Origin: Pseudomonadota bacterium
Lineage (GTDB): Bacteria > Pseudomonadota > Gammaproteobacteria > Nevskiales > Nevskiaceae
Assembly: GCA_040386395.1 (NCBI GenBank)
Contig: JAZKFO010000001.1
Span: 61,285-85,284, forward strand
Length of the DNA: 24,000 bases
Direction of reading: 5' to 3'
A model generated the notes under the pieces. It made no database searches, had not been told where the DNA came from, and saw only the letters and a program-made list of their open reading frames with translations. The position numbers were made by a program, and so were the translations under genes. Positions 1-8,792 of this stretch are shown here, in pieces (within the stretch, counting starts at the first letter, position 1; every line of letters starts with the position of its first letter).

Positions 1-1288
1 CACCGGCATCCCCGTGCCGCGTGATGCCCATCTGGCGGGCATCGTGCAGGCGCTCTTCAGCCACATCGGGCAGTTCAATCCTGCCATCGCCCTCTTCGGG
101 TTCGCTGCCCTGCTGCTGTTGCTGGTGGCGCGCCAGCCGCTCGCGCGTGCGCTGGTGACAGGCGGCATGAAGCCTGGGCATGCCGCCATCGTGGGGCGTA
201 CCGCACCCCTGCTGCTGGTTGCCTTGAGCACTGCGCTCTCGGCCGGGCTTGGGGCCGACAGTCGCTGGCAGGTCGCCGTGGTGGGGCAGATTCCGCAGGG
301 CATACCCGGCCTCTCGCTGGCCTTTCTGCAAGAGCCGGGCTGGCTGGCGCTGCTGCCGGCGGCGGTGATGATCGCGCTCATCGGCTACGTCGAGAGCATC
401 TCGGTGGCCAAGGCGCTGGCCTTCCGCCGTGGCGAGAAGATTGATGCAGATCAGGAGCTGCTCGCGCTCGGTGGCACCAATATCGTCGCGGCCTGCGCCG
501 GCGCCATGCCGGTGTGCGGCGGCTTTGCGCGCAGCATGGTCAACTTCGACGCCGGGGCCAGAACCCAGCTCGCAGCCGTGGTCACCGCGCTGTGGGTGGC
601 GCTTGCCGCCTTCGCCTTCACCGGCCTGCTCGCGCCGCTGCCCAGGTCGGTGCTGGCTGCAATCATCGTGGTGGCGGTGTGGCAGCTGGTGGATTTCAAA
701 TCGCTGGCCCACACCTGGCACTACGACAAGGGTGATGGCGCCGCACAGGCCGCCACCATCCTGGGTGTGCTGGGCTTCGGGATCGAAGCCGGTTTGATGG
801 CCGGTGCCGGGCTCTCGCTGCTGCTGTTTCTCTACCGCACCAGCCGCCCGCATATCGCGGTGGTCGGCCAGCTGGGCGACAGCGAGCACTACCGCAATGT
901 GCTGCGCCACGAGGTGCGGACCTGGCCGGGCCTGCTGCTGCTGCGCGTGGACGAGACGCTCTATTTCGCCAATGCACCACGGGTCGAAACCGAGCTGCAA
1001 AACCTCATCGTCGGGCAGAAAGACCTGCGCGATGTGGTGCTGGTGATGTCCGGCGTCGCCTACATCGACAGCAGCGGTCTCGATGTGCTGGAGGCTCTCG
1101 AACAGGGACTCTCGCAACAAGGCATCCGCCTGCATCTGGCCGAAGTGAAAGGCCCGGTGATGGATCGCCTGAAGAGCACAGTCCTGTGCGAACGGCTGAA
1201 GGCGGATCGCATCCACCTTTCGGCCCACAACGCCGTGCTGGCCCTGCGTCAGATGAGTGTTTCACCCACGCTGCTGTCGTTACGCTAG
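1..1288 (+). CDS. SulP-family anion (sulfate) permease, C-terminal part with STAS domain; 5' end outside the window
   Basis: The frame is open from nt 2 (TGIPVPRDAH...) to TAG 1286-1288. Gly/Ala-rich hydrophobic TM segments are followed by a STAS-like tail (LLLRVDETLYFANA...VVLVMSGVAYIDSSGLDVLEAL...LHLAEVKGPVMDRL). Motif recognition only. Confidence 0.85.
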   Translation, partial: TGIPVPRDAHLAGIVQALFSHIGQFNPAIALFGFAALLLLLVARQPLARALVTGGMKPGHAAIVGRTAPLLLVALSTALSAGLGADSRWQVAVVGQIPQGIPGLSLAFLQEPGWLALLPAAVMIALIGYVESISVAKALAFRRGEKIDADQELLALGGTNIVAACAGAMPVCGGFARSMVNFDAGARTQLAAVVTALWVALAAFAFTGLLAPLPRSVLAAIIVVAVWQLVDFKSLAHTWHYDKGDGAAQAATILGVLGFGIEAGLMAGAGLSLLLFLYRTSRPHIAVVGQLGDSEHYRNVLRHEVRTWPGLLLLRVDETLYFANAPRVETELQNLIVGQKDLRDVVLVMSGVAYIDSSGLDVLEALEQGLSQQGIRLHLAEVKGPVMDRLKSTVLCERLKADRIHLSAHNAVLALRQMSVSPTLLSLR

Positions 1289-1301
1289 ACGCTGTGATTC
1301 C

Positions 1302-2252
1302 GTGACCAGGCCTGCCCGCGTGACCAGCCAACAATCCGCAGCTTCAATCAAGCATGCTTCCATCCAGCTGGGTGATGGCCGACGGCTGGGCTACAGCGAG
1401 ACTGCTGCCTCAGGCGACAGCGCGGTGCTCTATCTGCACGGCAACCCCGGTTCGCGCAGGGAGGTGTTGCGGCCTGCGTACCTGGCCGCCTTCAAGCGCG
1501 CCGGACTGCGGGTCATCAGCATCGACCGACCGGGTTATGGCGACTCCGATCCACCGCTCGAAAAAGGGCACCTGCCTTTCGCGCGAGACATCGAGGTGCT
1601 GATGGACCAGCTCGGCCTGCCAAGCGCCGTGGTCGTGGGCCACAGCCGTGGCACCCTGCCGGCGATCAGCCTGGGCGTACGGCTGCCAGACCGCATCACG
1701 GCCGTCGGCGTCTTCGGGCCGACAGGGCTGCCGGACGACCGGGAGCTGATGCGTTCGCAATCTGCCGAGGCAAGGCTGATGTTGCAGCTGGTCCGTTCGG
1801 CCCCTGCATTCGCGCGATCCCTGTTCCGGGTCAACAGCTGGGTCGACCGGCAGTTTCCCGCCGGGGCGGCGCGGCGCATGGCCCGTTTCATGTCCTCGGC
1901 AGCTGATCGGGCGCAGCTGCAGGCGAGCGGCCAGACGTTTGTTGAAACGCTCGCAGCCGGTATGCGGCGCGACCCGGCCTTCGCCATTGATGACTGGCGC
2001 TCCTGGCTGGTGGACCCGCTCGGGTTTGATCCCACCAGCCTGCGCCAGCCCTTGCTGCTGTGGATTGGCAGCGAGGATGGCCTCTGCCCGGCGCGGCCGG
2101 TACACCACATGGCGGCGCGTATCGCCGGCGCACAGCTGCGCAGCCTGCCGGGCCTGGGGCATCTGCACACACCGGAGGTACTGGTCGAGCTGATGCAGGC
2201 AACACTCAGTGCTGAGGCATCGGCGCCGGGGCATCGTCCAAAGCGACGATGA
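1302..2252 (+). CDS. alpha/beta-fold hydrolase
   Basis: Oxyanion-type LYLHGNPGSRRE, nucleophile elbow VVGHSRG, later GSEDGLCP and LPGLGHLHTPE (Ser-Asp-His pattern). There is no in-frame ATG near the 5' end. GTG candidates are 1257 (overlaps the SulP gene), 1302 and 1320, so the start is uncertain. Confidence 0.7.
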   Translation: MTRPARVTSQQSAASIKHASIQLGDGRRLGYSETAASGDSAVLYLHGNPGSRREVLRPAYLAAFKRAGLRVISIDRPGYGDSDPPLEKGHLPFARDIEVLMDQLGLPSAVVVGHSRGTLPAISLGVRLPDRITAVGVFGPTGLPDDRELMRSQSAEARLMLQLVRSAPAFARSLFRVNSWVDRQFPAGAARRMARFMSSAADRAQLQASGQTFVETLAAGMRRDPAFAIDDWRSWLVDPLGFDPTSLRQPLLLWIGSEDGLCPARPVHHMAARIAGAQLRSLPGLGHLHTPEVLVELMQATLSAEASAPGHRPKRR

Positions 2253-2304
2253 ATGCGCGGCCGGATTGGCACAGAGTCATGGTCGTAAAAATGAAGACAC
2301 CGCC

Positions 2305-3207
2305 ATGAGCCAACTCGTCTCCACCGCCCATCTCTCGCCCGATGAAAAGCTGCTGTTCCAGCGCCTGACCCGCGCGCCCAAGGTGGCCTGGGTGACGGTG
2401 TCGATGTGCGCGGCGCTGGCCGTGGGTGTGATCGGCAGCGACGTGCTGGCGGTGCTGGGCCTGATCCCGCTCTGGGCCGGCCTGCTGGCCAACAGCGTCA
2501 TCGGCTATCTCGCCTTCAGCGTGGTTCACGACTCCATCCACCGCTCGATTTCCTCCCGCATCGAACTCAACGACTGGGTGGGGCGCATTGCCGTGCTGCT
2601 GGTGGTGCCCTACGTCAATCTGGGGCTGTTCCGCTGGGCGCATATCCAGCACCATCGCTTTGCCTCCGGCCCCAAGGACCCGGATCTCGTGTTCCAGGGG
2701 CCGTGGTGGCAGCTGCCGCTGCGCTGGGCCTTCATCGATGCGCTGTATCTCGTGCATGTCACCCGCAACGGCGACAGGATTTCAAAGCCCTTCTTCCGCA
2801 AGACGCTCTATGCGGCGGGCGTGGTGGCGGTGCTGATTGCCGGGCTGGTCGCCGCAGGCTACGGGCTTGAGGTGCTGATGCTCTGGTTCCTGCCCTCACG
2901 CTTCATCCAGATGGCGCTCGGTTTCAGCTTCTTCTGGCTGCCGCACGCGCCGCACGACACCCCTCAGGAAACCAACTTCACGCGCGCCACCACCATCCGC
3001 GAAGGTCATGAGTGGCTGCTCGACCCGCTGTTGCAGTACCAGAACTACCACCTCATCCATCATCTGTATCCGGCCACGCCCTTCTTCAACAACGGCAAGG
3101 TCTGGCGCTTGATGGAGCGCGAGCTGCGCCGGCATGACCTTGCCATCCAGAAGGGGTTTCGCATCCGGCCGGAAATCCATCTGGCCTCGGCGCGCGCCTC
3201 GTCTTAG
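2305..3207 (+). CDS. membrane fatty-acid-desaturase-family di-iron oxygenase (three His boxes)
   Basis: His boxes HDSIH, HIQHH and HLIHH (NYHLIHHLYPATPFF) are separated by hydrophobic TM stretches. ATG 2305 is chosen because the track start 2209 overlaps the upstream hydrolase. The sequence does not match AlkB-type boxes (HELxHK / LQRHSDHH). Confidence 0.8.
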   Translation: MSQLVSTAHLSPDEKLLFQRLTRAPKVAWVTVSMCAALAVGVIGSDVLAVLGLIPLWAGLLANSVIGYLAFSVVHDSIHRSISSRIELNDWVGRIAVLLVVPYVNLGLFRWAHIQHHRFASGPKDPDLVFQGPWWQLPLRWAFIDALYLVHVTRNGDRISKPFFRKTLYAAGVVAVLIAGLVAAGYGLEVLMLWFLPSRFIQMALGFSFFWLPHAPHDTPQETNFTRATTIREGHEWLLDPLLQYQNYHLIHHLYPATPFFNNGKVWRLMERELRRHDLAIQKGFRIRPEIHLASARASS

Positions 3208-3216
3208 GAGAAACCC

Positions 3217-3381
3217 ATGCGCAAATGGCAGTGCCGCTATTGCTCGCACATCTACGACGAGGCCTTGGGTGATGCCGAACACGGCATTGACCCTGGCACC
3301 CGGCTCGAAGATATTCCCGACGACTGGGCCTGCCCGGACTGCGGTGCCGGCAAGCAGGACTACGACCTGATCGAGACCTAG
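3217..3381 (+). CDS. rubredoxin (54 aa), not in the supplied ORF track
   Basis: Hand translation: MRKWQCRYCSHIYDEALGDAEHGIDPGTRLEDIPDDWACPDCGAGKQDYDLIET*. It carries two CxxC knuckles (C6/C9, C39/C42) and the DDW.CP.CG motif. AGGAG lies at 3206-3210, 6 nt before the ATG. The gene starts 9 nt after the desaturase stop. Confidence 0.88.
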   Translation: MRKWQCRYCSHIYDEALGDAEHGIDPGTRLEDIPDDWACPDCGAGKQDYDLIET

Positions 3382-6068
3382 CGAATCAGACCCAGCCGGC
3401 GCGCGATGGCTACGGCCTGCGAACGGCTGCGGGCATCCAGCTTGAGATTGATGCTGCGCAGATGGGTGCGCACCGTGGTCTCGCCGATGAACAGCTTCTC
3501 GCCCATCGCCTCGTTGGAATAACCCTCGGCCAGCAGCTCGATCACCTGCTGCTCCTTGCGGGTCAGCGGCTCCACCCCTGCGGCTGCGGCGGGTAGCGTC
3601 ATCTCGGTGCTGCGGCTGGCGCGCATCAGGCGTTCGAGATGTGCGGAGGGCATCGGCCCGCCGGCGTCCTCGGCCTCGCTGCCCTGCGACAGCAGGAACT
3701 GCCGCAGCATGCCTTCAATCACCGGGCCTTCGTCGATGAAGCTGCGCACAAAGCCCTCGCCCGCCGCCATGCGCAGCGCCTTGCTGAGGTTGCGCATGGC
3801 GAGCCGGGGCTGTCCATCGCGTTGCAGCGCCTCGGCATAGAGCACACGCAGCTTGAGGGCGCGGCGATGGCGCTGCGCCAGCTCGGCGGCCTCCAGGGCG
3901 GCCTTGAGTTCGGCAATGCAGTCGGCGACCTGGCCACTGCGCAGCTGCCAGCGCAGGCGGCCAATCGCCAGGGTCTCGGCATCGTTGGCGACCAGCGACA
4001 TCTCCGCCACCATCTGCCAGACGGCGGGATCGTTGGCGCGGGCCAGTTCTTCCCTGGCTGCCTGCGCATCGCCCTGCGCCAGCAGCCGCCTTGCCCGTTC
4101 CAGCCGCGCGCTCGCCACCACGCGCGGCAGGCCACCCAGATGCCCGACCTGCTCCAGCTCGGCCAGCAACTGCATCGCCTGCTCGCCATCGCCGCGATCA
4201 CCCGCGATGCGCGACAGCACGACATGGGCGCTGATCAGAGGGTCGGGCATGCGCACTTCCTTCACCAGCGGCACATAGACCTTGAGCAGGCGCTCGGCCT
4301 CGCCGCACTGGTCGTTCTCGTAGAGCGCCTCGGCCAGCACGATGCCCACCAGCAGGCGACCATCGCTGACGGCATCCGACGACAGGCTGCTGGCCAGCTT
4401 GAGCCGGACGATGGCCTGTTGCAGCCGGCCCTGGATGAGGTCCACCGAGCCTTCGCACCACTCCGACCACTGCTGGTTGATGATGCTGGACGACCCGCCC
4501 TGCGAGCGCCGCGCGGCATCGGCATATTGCCTCGCCTCGCCGTAGCGGCCCCGCATCATGATGATGGTGGCCTGCGAAATGGCGAGGATGCCCTGGGTGA
4601 AGCGATCACCCGCCGCGCAGTGCAACAGCGCCTGCTGGATGGCCTCGTCCGAATCGTGGATGCGGTCCATCAGGCCCAGCAGCAACGGCCTGAGCGCCAG
4701 CAGATGCGCCATCAATGCCGGCGAGAGCTGGCTGGTGTCGAGCTGTTCCAGCAGCTTCAAGGCTTCAGGGGCGCCACGGATGAAGGTGATGGCCCAGGCA
4801 TGGATGAGTTGCAGGCGCGGCTGACGCTTCAGCTCGCCCACCGGCACCGCATCGAGCCAGCTCACCAGCAGCGCGAAGCGGCCTCGATTGAGCAGCGACT
4901 CGACGTGCTGGCCCAGCAGCGAGAAGGCGAAGTCGAAATCACCCGAAGCCAGGGCATGGCCGATGGCCTGCACCGGACGCTGCGCCGCCAGATACCAGTG
5001 CGCCGCCGCGAGCCTGATGGCCCGCTGTCGTGCCGGTGCCTGCGCAGCCAGCTGAGCCTTCAGGAAATCAGCGAACAGGCTGTGATAGCGATAGCGCCTG
5101 CCCTCGCCCACTGACTCATCCAGCGGCATGAGGAACAGGTTGGCGCCTTCGAGCTGGGCGAGGATGGCGGCGCTGTCATCGCGCCCGCGCACGGCATCGC
5201 AGAGCGAGGCACTGAACTCATCCAGCGCGCTGGTCTCCAGCAGGAAAAGACGGATGGCTTCGGGCTGGTTCGAGAGCACATCCTCGGCCAGGTACTGCGC
5301 GATGGCGGCATGGGAGCCGGAGAAGCCTGCAATGAAGCGCGCGCTGTCCTCGCGCTGCGCCAGTGCCAGCGAGGCCAGCCACAGGGCGGCGGCCCAGCCC
5401 TCGGTGCGGCCATGCAGCTGGCTCACCTGTTCCGGTGCCAGCGCCAGCTTGCGCTGCGCGACCAGAAAGGCGGTTGCCTCGGCCACCGAAAAGCGCAGCT
5501 GCGAGGCCTCGATCTCCAGCAGGCGGCCACGGGCGCGAAGGCGGCCCAGGCCAATCGCCGGTACCTGCCGAGAACCGAGCACCAGCCGCGCACCGGGCGG
5601 CAGCTGCTCGATCAGCTGGCTGATGAGCGAGAGCACCGCCGGGTTGTGCAGCGTCTCCATCTCATCGAGAAACAGCGCAAACGGCACCTCGTGGCTGGCG
5701 ATGCGATCCAGGATGCCGAGTGCCAGCCCCGCCGCATCGTCGGCTTGCCGGGTGGTGGCGAGGATGCCGATCTGCTCCAGCGCAGCCGCCAGGAAATTGA
5801 GAAAGCGCCCGGCATCGTTGTCCGCCGCGTCGACCGTCACCCAGGCGCTTTGCAGGCCGGCGGCACGGAAGCGTTCGCGCAGCTGCCGCAGGGTGGTGGT
5901 CTTGCCGAAGCCCGCCGGGGCGTGGATGAAAACCACCCTAGCGGCGCTGCTTGCGAGTACTTGTTCGCAGATGGCACTGCGCGCGATGTCGAACTCCGAC
6001 GCTGGCGGCGGATTGAGCTTGGAGAGCTTCCCATGGCGCGAGGTCAAAGCATTACCCTGCATTTTCAT
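3378..6068 (-). CDS. large ATP-binding LuxR-family (LAL; MalT/AlkS-like) transcriptional regulator
   Basis: N-terminal Walker A (HAPAGFGKTT) and Walker B-like FLDEM, a long helical/TPR-like middle, and a C-terminal LuxR HTH (LTRKEQQVIELLAEGYSNEAMGEKLFIGETTVRTHLRSINLKLDARSRSQAVAIA). 896 codons. Confidence 0.9.
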   Translation of the reverse strand: MKMQGNALTSRHGKLSKLNPPPASEFDIARSAICEQVLASSAARVVFIHAPAGFGKTTTLRQLRERFRAAGLQSAWVTVDAADNDAGRFLNFLAAALEQIGILATTRQADDAAGLALGILDRIASHEVPFALFLDEMETLHNPAVLSLISQLIEQLPPGARLVLGSRQVPAIGLGRLRARGRLLEIEASQLRFSVAEATAFLVAQRKLALAPEQVSQLHGRTEGWAAALWLASLALAQREDSARFIAGFSGSHAAIAQYLAEDVLSNQPEAIRLFLLETSALDEFSASLCDAVRGRDDSAAILAQLEGANLFLMPLDESVGEGRRYRYHSLFADFLKAQLAAQAPARQRAIRLAAAHWYLAAQRPVQAIGHALASGDFDFAFSLLGQHVESLLNRGRFALLVSWLDAVPVGELKRQPRLQLIHAWAITFIRGAPEALKLLEQLDTSQLSPALMAHLLALRPLLLGLMDRIHDSDEAIQQALLHCAAGDRFTQGILAISQATIIMMRGRYGEARQYADAARRSQGGSSSIINQQWSEWCEGSVDLIQGRLQQAIVRLKLASSLSSDAVSDGRLLVGIVLAEALYENDQCGEAERLLKVYVPLVKEVRMPDPLISAHVVLSRIAGDRGDGEQAMQLLAELEQVGHLGGLPRVVASARLERARRLLAQGDAQAAREELARANDPAVWQMVAEMSLVANDAETLAIGRLRWQLRSGQVADCIAELKAALEAAELAQRHRRALKLRVLYAEALQRDGQPRLAMRNLSKALRMAAGEGFVRSFIDEGPVIEGMLRQFLLSQGSEAEDAGGPMPSAHLERLMRASRSTEMTLPAAAAGVEPLTRKEQQVIELLAEGYSNEAMGEKLFIGETTVRTHLRSINLKLDARSRSQAVAIARRLGLIR

Positions 6069-6118
6069 GGCTGTGATTTTGCACTCCCAGCCAGAACCCT
6101 TGCACGGCTGAAGCCTGC

Positions 6119-6646
6119 TCAGCGGGCATCGCTCCAGCGGTAGGCCATGCCCAGCAGGCCAATGGCACCTTCGCCCACCGCCTCGCCGTCGGTTTGCAGA
6201 TTGATTTCCGCACCGAGGCTGGCGGCGAGTTCCAGCCCGGAACCCGCAAAGCGATAGCCGCCACGCAAGGTGGGCTGCAACACGGTGATGTCGCTACGGC
6301 CCTGGCCACGCCCGGCGTCGCGCCAGTCGATGCCGAGCTGGAACAGCTCGATACGCGCGCCATAGAACCAGGCGCTGCGATGCGCCGCCTTGAAACGCCG
6401 GGCCTCGATGCCAAGCCCGAAACCATCGCCGGATTCTTCATCGTGCCGGCCTGCATCACCGCGCTCGGCGCGGTTGTAGAGCACTGAAACACCGACCTCG
6501 TTCTGGCGGCCCTGCGGCCACAGCGCGCCGATGCTGGCGATACCGCCAGCGGGATACAGGCGCAGCTCCGCAATGCCTTCAGCGGCTTGTGCCAGCGGTG
6601 CGGCGCAGAGTACGGCGATCAATGCCAACCAGTGCCTGGCAAGCAT
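6119..6646 (-). CDS. secreted hypothetical protein, possibly a small outer-membrane beta-barrel
   Basis: Internal ATG 6646 of the 367-aa track ORF gives MLARHWLALIAVLCAAPLAQA|AEG, a signal peptide with an AxA site. The mature part has alternating Gly/aromatic beta-like segments and ends GMAYRWSDAR. The start lies 2 nt after the DoxX stop. Function unknown. Confidence 0.5.
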   Translation of the reverse strand: MLARHWLALIAVLCAAPLAQAAEGIAELRLYPAGGIASIGALWPQGRQNEVGVSVLYNRAERGDAGRHDEESGDGFGLGIEARRFKAAHRSAWFYGARIELFQLGIDWRDAGRGQGRSDITVLQPTLRGGYRFAGSGLELAASLGAEINLQTDGEAVGEGAIGLLGMAYRWSDAR

Positions 6647-6648
6647 GG

Positions 6649-7128
6649 CTAACCCCTGCCCTTGAGCCAGCCCAGCCAGATGTCGCGGCGCAGCCAGAGC
6701 AGCGCGGCACAGGCCAGCCACACACCGCAGGCGAGCATGAACAGCTCGCCGCCATCGCTGCTGCCATCGGTGTTGCGAACGGCCACGCCCAGCGGGGTGA
6801 ACAGGTGGAAGAAGATCGCACCGGAAATCACCTCCAGCCCAAGGCCCGCACCCAGCACCTGCACGCTGCGCCGCGTCGGCATGAAGGCACCCGCGAGCAG
6901 CAGCAGCGAGGCCAGCAGCTCGACGCTGCCCACCACCTTGGCGGAGAAAATACCGCCCGGCGCGAAGACCCCCGCAAAGCCCAGCGAGGCCGCCCAGGCG
7001 TCGAGCTTGGTCTCGAAGATGTAGATAGTTTCGGGCGCATTGCTGAACTTGAAGAACAGCGATTGCACGAAGACGAACACCACGAACAGCGTCAGCAGCC
7101 AGTGGCCGTGTTGGCGGAGCCAGAGCAT
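6649..7128 (-). CDS. DoxX-family integral membrane protein
   Basis: About four hydrophobic helices (WLLTLFVVFVFV..., VELLASLLLLAGAF..., ISGAIFFHLF..., LACGVWLACAALLWL). ATG 7128 is preceded by GGAG with a 7-nt spacer; the track start 7134 is TTG. Confidence 0.7.
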   Translation of the reverse strand: MLWLRQHGHWLLTLFVVFVFVQSLFFKFSNAPETIYIFETKLDAWAASLGFAGVFAPGGIFSAKVVGSVELLASLLLLAGAFMPTRRSVQVLGAGLGLEVISGAIFFHLFTPLGVAVRNTDGSSDGGELFMLACGVWLACAALLWLRRDIWLGWLKGRG

Positions 7129-7152
7129 GGGCAATCTCCTGTGCGGGGTGGC

Positions 7153-7623
7153 TTACTTCTTCAGCAGGTCGCTGAATTTGGCATCGGAGACCTTGTTGTA
7201 GCCGAGCGGGTCCTGGCTCCATTTTTTCTGAACGCTGGCGTCATAGTTCAAGTAGAGCTTGCCGTCGATCACGGTGAACTGCTCCGGCTCGATGGACACC
7301 AGATAACCCTTGCTGACGCCATAGGCGCAGTAGCCGCCGTATTGCGGCGCGTATTTTTCAGGTGCGGCCTTGAACAGGTCGAGGTGCTGCTGCGAGGTGA
7401 ACTTCCAGCTCGCACCGTTCCAGCTGTAGACGTAGGCATCGCTGCCTTTCACGGGCTTTTTCTCGGTGAAATAGGCCACGGTGTCGTAGCCGTTGATGGC
7501 AATGCCGGTGGCGCTGTCGCTGATGAGGCCGCGCTTCAGCGTGTTGTAGGGCGCGGCGGCCAGGGTGAGGGAAGAGACGCTGAGCAGCAGCAGGGCCAGC
7601 AGGGTGTGGATGGATCGCAACAT
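7153..7623 (-). CDS. periplasmic YHS-domain protein
   Basis: ATG 7623 is preceded by AGGAGA. Signal peptide MLRSIHTLLALLLLSVSSLTLAAA, then INGYDTVAYF...WKF...F...PEKY.PQYGGYCAYG, typical of the YHS-domain (seleno)protein family with Cys at the redox position. Confidence 0.8.
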   Translation of the reverse strand: MLRSIHTLLALLLLSVSSLTLAAAPYNTLKRGLISDSATGIAINGYDTVAYFTEKKPVKGSDAYVYSWNGASWKFTSQQHLDLFKAAPEKYAPQYGGYCAYGVSKGYLVSIEPEQFTVIDGKLYLNYDASVQKKWSQDPLGYNKVSDAKFSDLLKK

Positions 7624-7652
7624 GGGTTTTTCTCCTGTGAAAATGGGTGGGG

Positions 7653-8792
7653 CTAAAACCACTGCGCGCCGCGTTTCAGGTCTTCGCGGAACAAGCGCAG
7701 CAGTTGCAGTGGTGAAGTGATATCAGCGCCTTGGCGGGCCTGCGCCGCACCAATCTCGAAGGCCAGTGACCACTGCCGGAACATGGCGCGGTAGCCGTCC
7801 AGCAGCGGGGTGTCGGGGTGGTAGATGTGCGCGCTCTCGGCGGTGACGCCATTGAGTTCGAGCACCCGCAGGCCCTCGCCCGCTTGCAGTGCGGCCACGC
7901 TGGGGATGCGCAGGTCGATGCGGCCAAAACCATAGCCCGGCACCGCATCGGCAAGGCGCGTCAGCGCGCGGATGAGCGCAGGGGTGCAGAGCGCGGTGGC
8001 ATCGAGAAACAGGCTGCCACGGCAGTGCGCGCCGATCTCCACCAGCACGATCTGCTCGCCGGCCATTGGCACCCTTGCGAGCTGCCCCGCCCAGCGGGTG
8101 AACAGGGCGCTGCTGATCAGCCGCGCGCGGGCATCGGCGAGGATGAGTTGTTGCAGCGTCTGCACGCCATCGCCGCTGACGCTGGGGAAAGTCTTGTGGA
8201 CGATGGACAGCACCTGCACGGCGGCATCGCCCGGTGCGCGGGCGATGAACACGCCGAACTCTTCGCCGCCGATGTATCGCTGCGCAATCACGCTGCCATC
8301 GAAGCGGCTCAGGTAGTCGCCCACGCCCGCCGCATCGCGGGCAATGAACACGCCGCGCCCGCGCTGGCCGACATCGGGTTTGAGCACCACCGGAAAGCCG
8401 ACGCGCTGGGCAAATTGCAGCGCCTCGTCACGGCGCAGGCTGGCCTCGCCCGCGTGCAGCAGGGTGAACTCGGCGACCAGATCGGGCGCATTGGCTTGCA
8501 GCGGTGCCAGCGCCTGGTGCTTGCGCTCGCCCACCACGCCGCTGGCATCCAGCGCCGGGTTGGCGGCGGTGAAGGCGGTGGGGCTGCGGTGCTTGAGGCC
8601 GAGCCAGAGAATCCACCCCACGATCGGCAGGTAATACAGCCAGGCCGGCCAGAACTCCCAGCGCCGCGCGCGCTCCAGGCGGATTGACCAGCGCTGGCGC
8701 GACGACATCACCAGGGCCGGCTGGGTCGCATCCCAGGGGCGCACGCTGGTCTCGAACACGGTTTCAGTCACGGTTTCAGTGCTCGCGGGCAT
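7653..8792 (-). CDS. ATP-grasp-fold ligase with N-terminal transmembrane segment(s)
   Basis: N-terminal WEFWPAWLYYLPIVGWILWLGL hydrophobic region, then ATP-grasp hallmarks (GFPVVLKPDVGQRGRGVFIA, ...IAQRYIGGEEFGVFI..., LRVLELNGVTAESAHIY). The start is ambiguous: ATG 8792 (17-nt overlap with the upstream gene), ATG 8825 or ATG 8708. Confidence 0.75.
   Translation of the reverse strand: MPASTETVTETVFETSVRPWDATQPALVMSSRQRWSIRLERARRWEFWPAWLYYLPIVGWILWLGLKHRSPTAFTAANPALDASGVVGERKHQALAPLQANAPDLVAEFTLLHAGEASLRRDEALQFAQRVGFPVVLKPDVGQRGRGVFIARDAAGVGDYLSRFDGSVIAQRYIGGEEFGVFIARAPGDAAVQVLSIVHKTFPSVSGDGVQTLQQLILADARARLISSALFTRWAGQLARVPMAGEQIVLVEIGAHCRGSLFLDATALCTPALIRALTRLADAVPGYGFGRIDLRIPSVAALQAGEGLRVLELNGVTAESAHIYHPDTPLLDGYRAMFRQWSLAFEIGAAQARQGADITSPLQLLRLFREDLKRGAQWF

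Noticed and set aside
3639-5114. 491-aa plus-strand ORF antisense to the LAL regulator, plus similar antisense ORFs at 6589-7656, 7818-8687, 15124-15906 and 22180-23460
   Set aside because: Same reasoning: each shadows a motif-supported gene on the opposite strand and has a biased composition.
6647-7222. Upstream 192 codons of the 367-aa minus-strand ORF 6119-7222
   Set aside because: This part overlaps the DoxX and YHS genes in another frame and is Arg/Ala-rich. Only the portion from ATG 6646, which has a signal peptide, looks genuine.
7153-7623. Visibly lower GC in the YHS gene as evidence of horizontal transfer
   Set aside because: It could not be quantified here. The protein is rich in Lys, Tyr, Phe and Asn, which alone lowers GC, and the gene is tightly embedded in the operon.
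8761-8784. 12-nt tandem repeat gtttcagtcacg/gtttcagtgctc (TETVTETV in the long ATP-grasp frame)
   Set aside because: It is only two copies, lies in the overlap between the DinB-like and ATP-grasp genes, and has no evident function.
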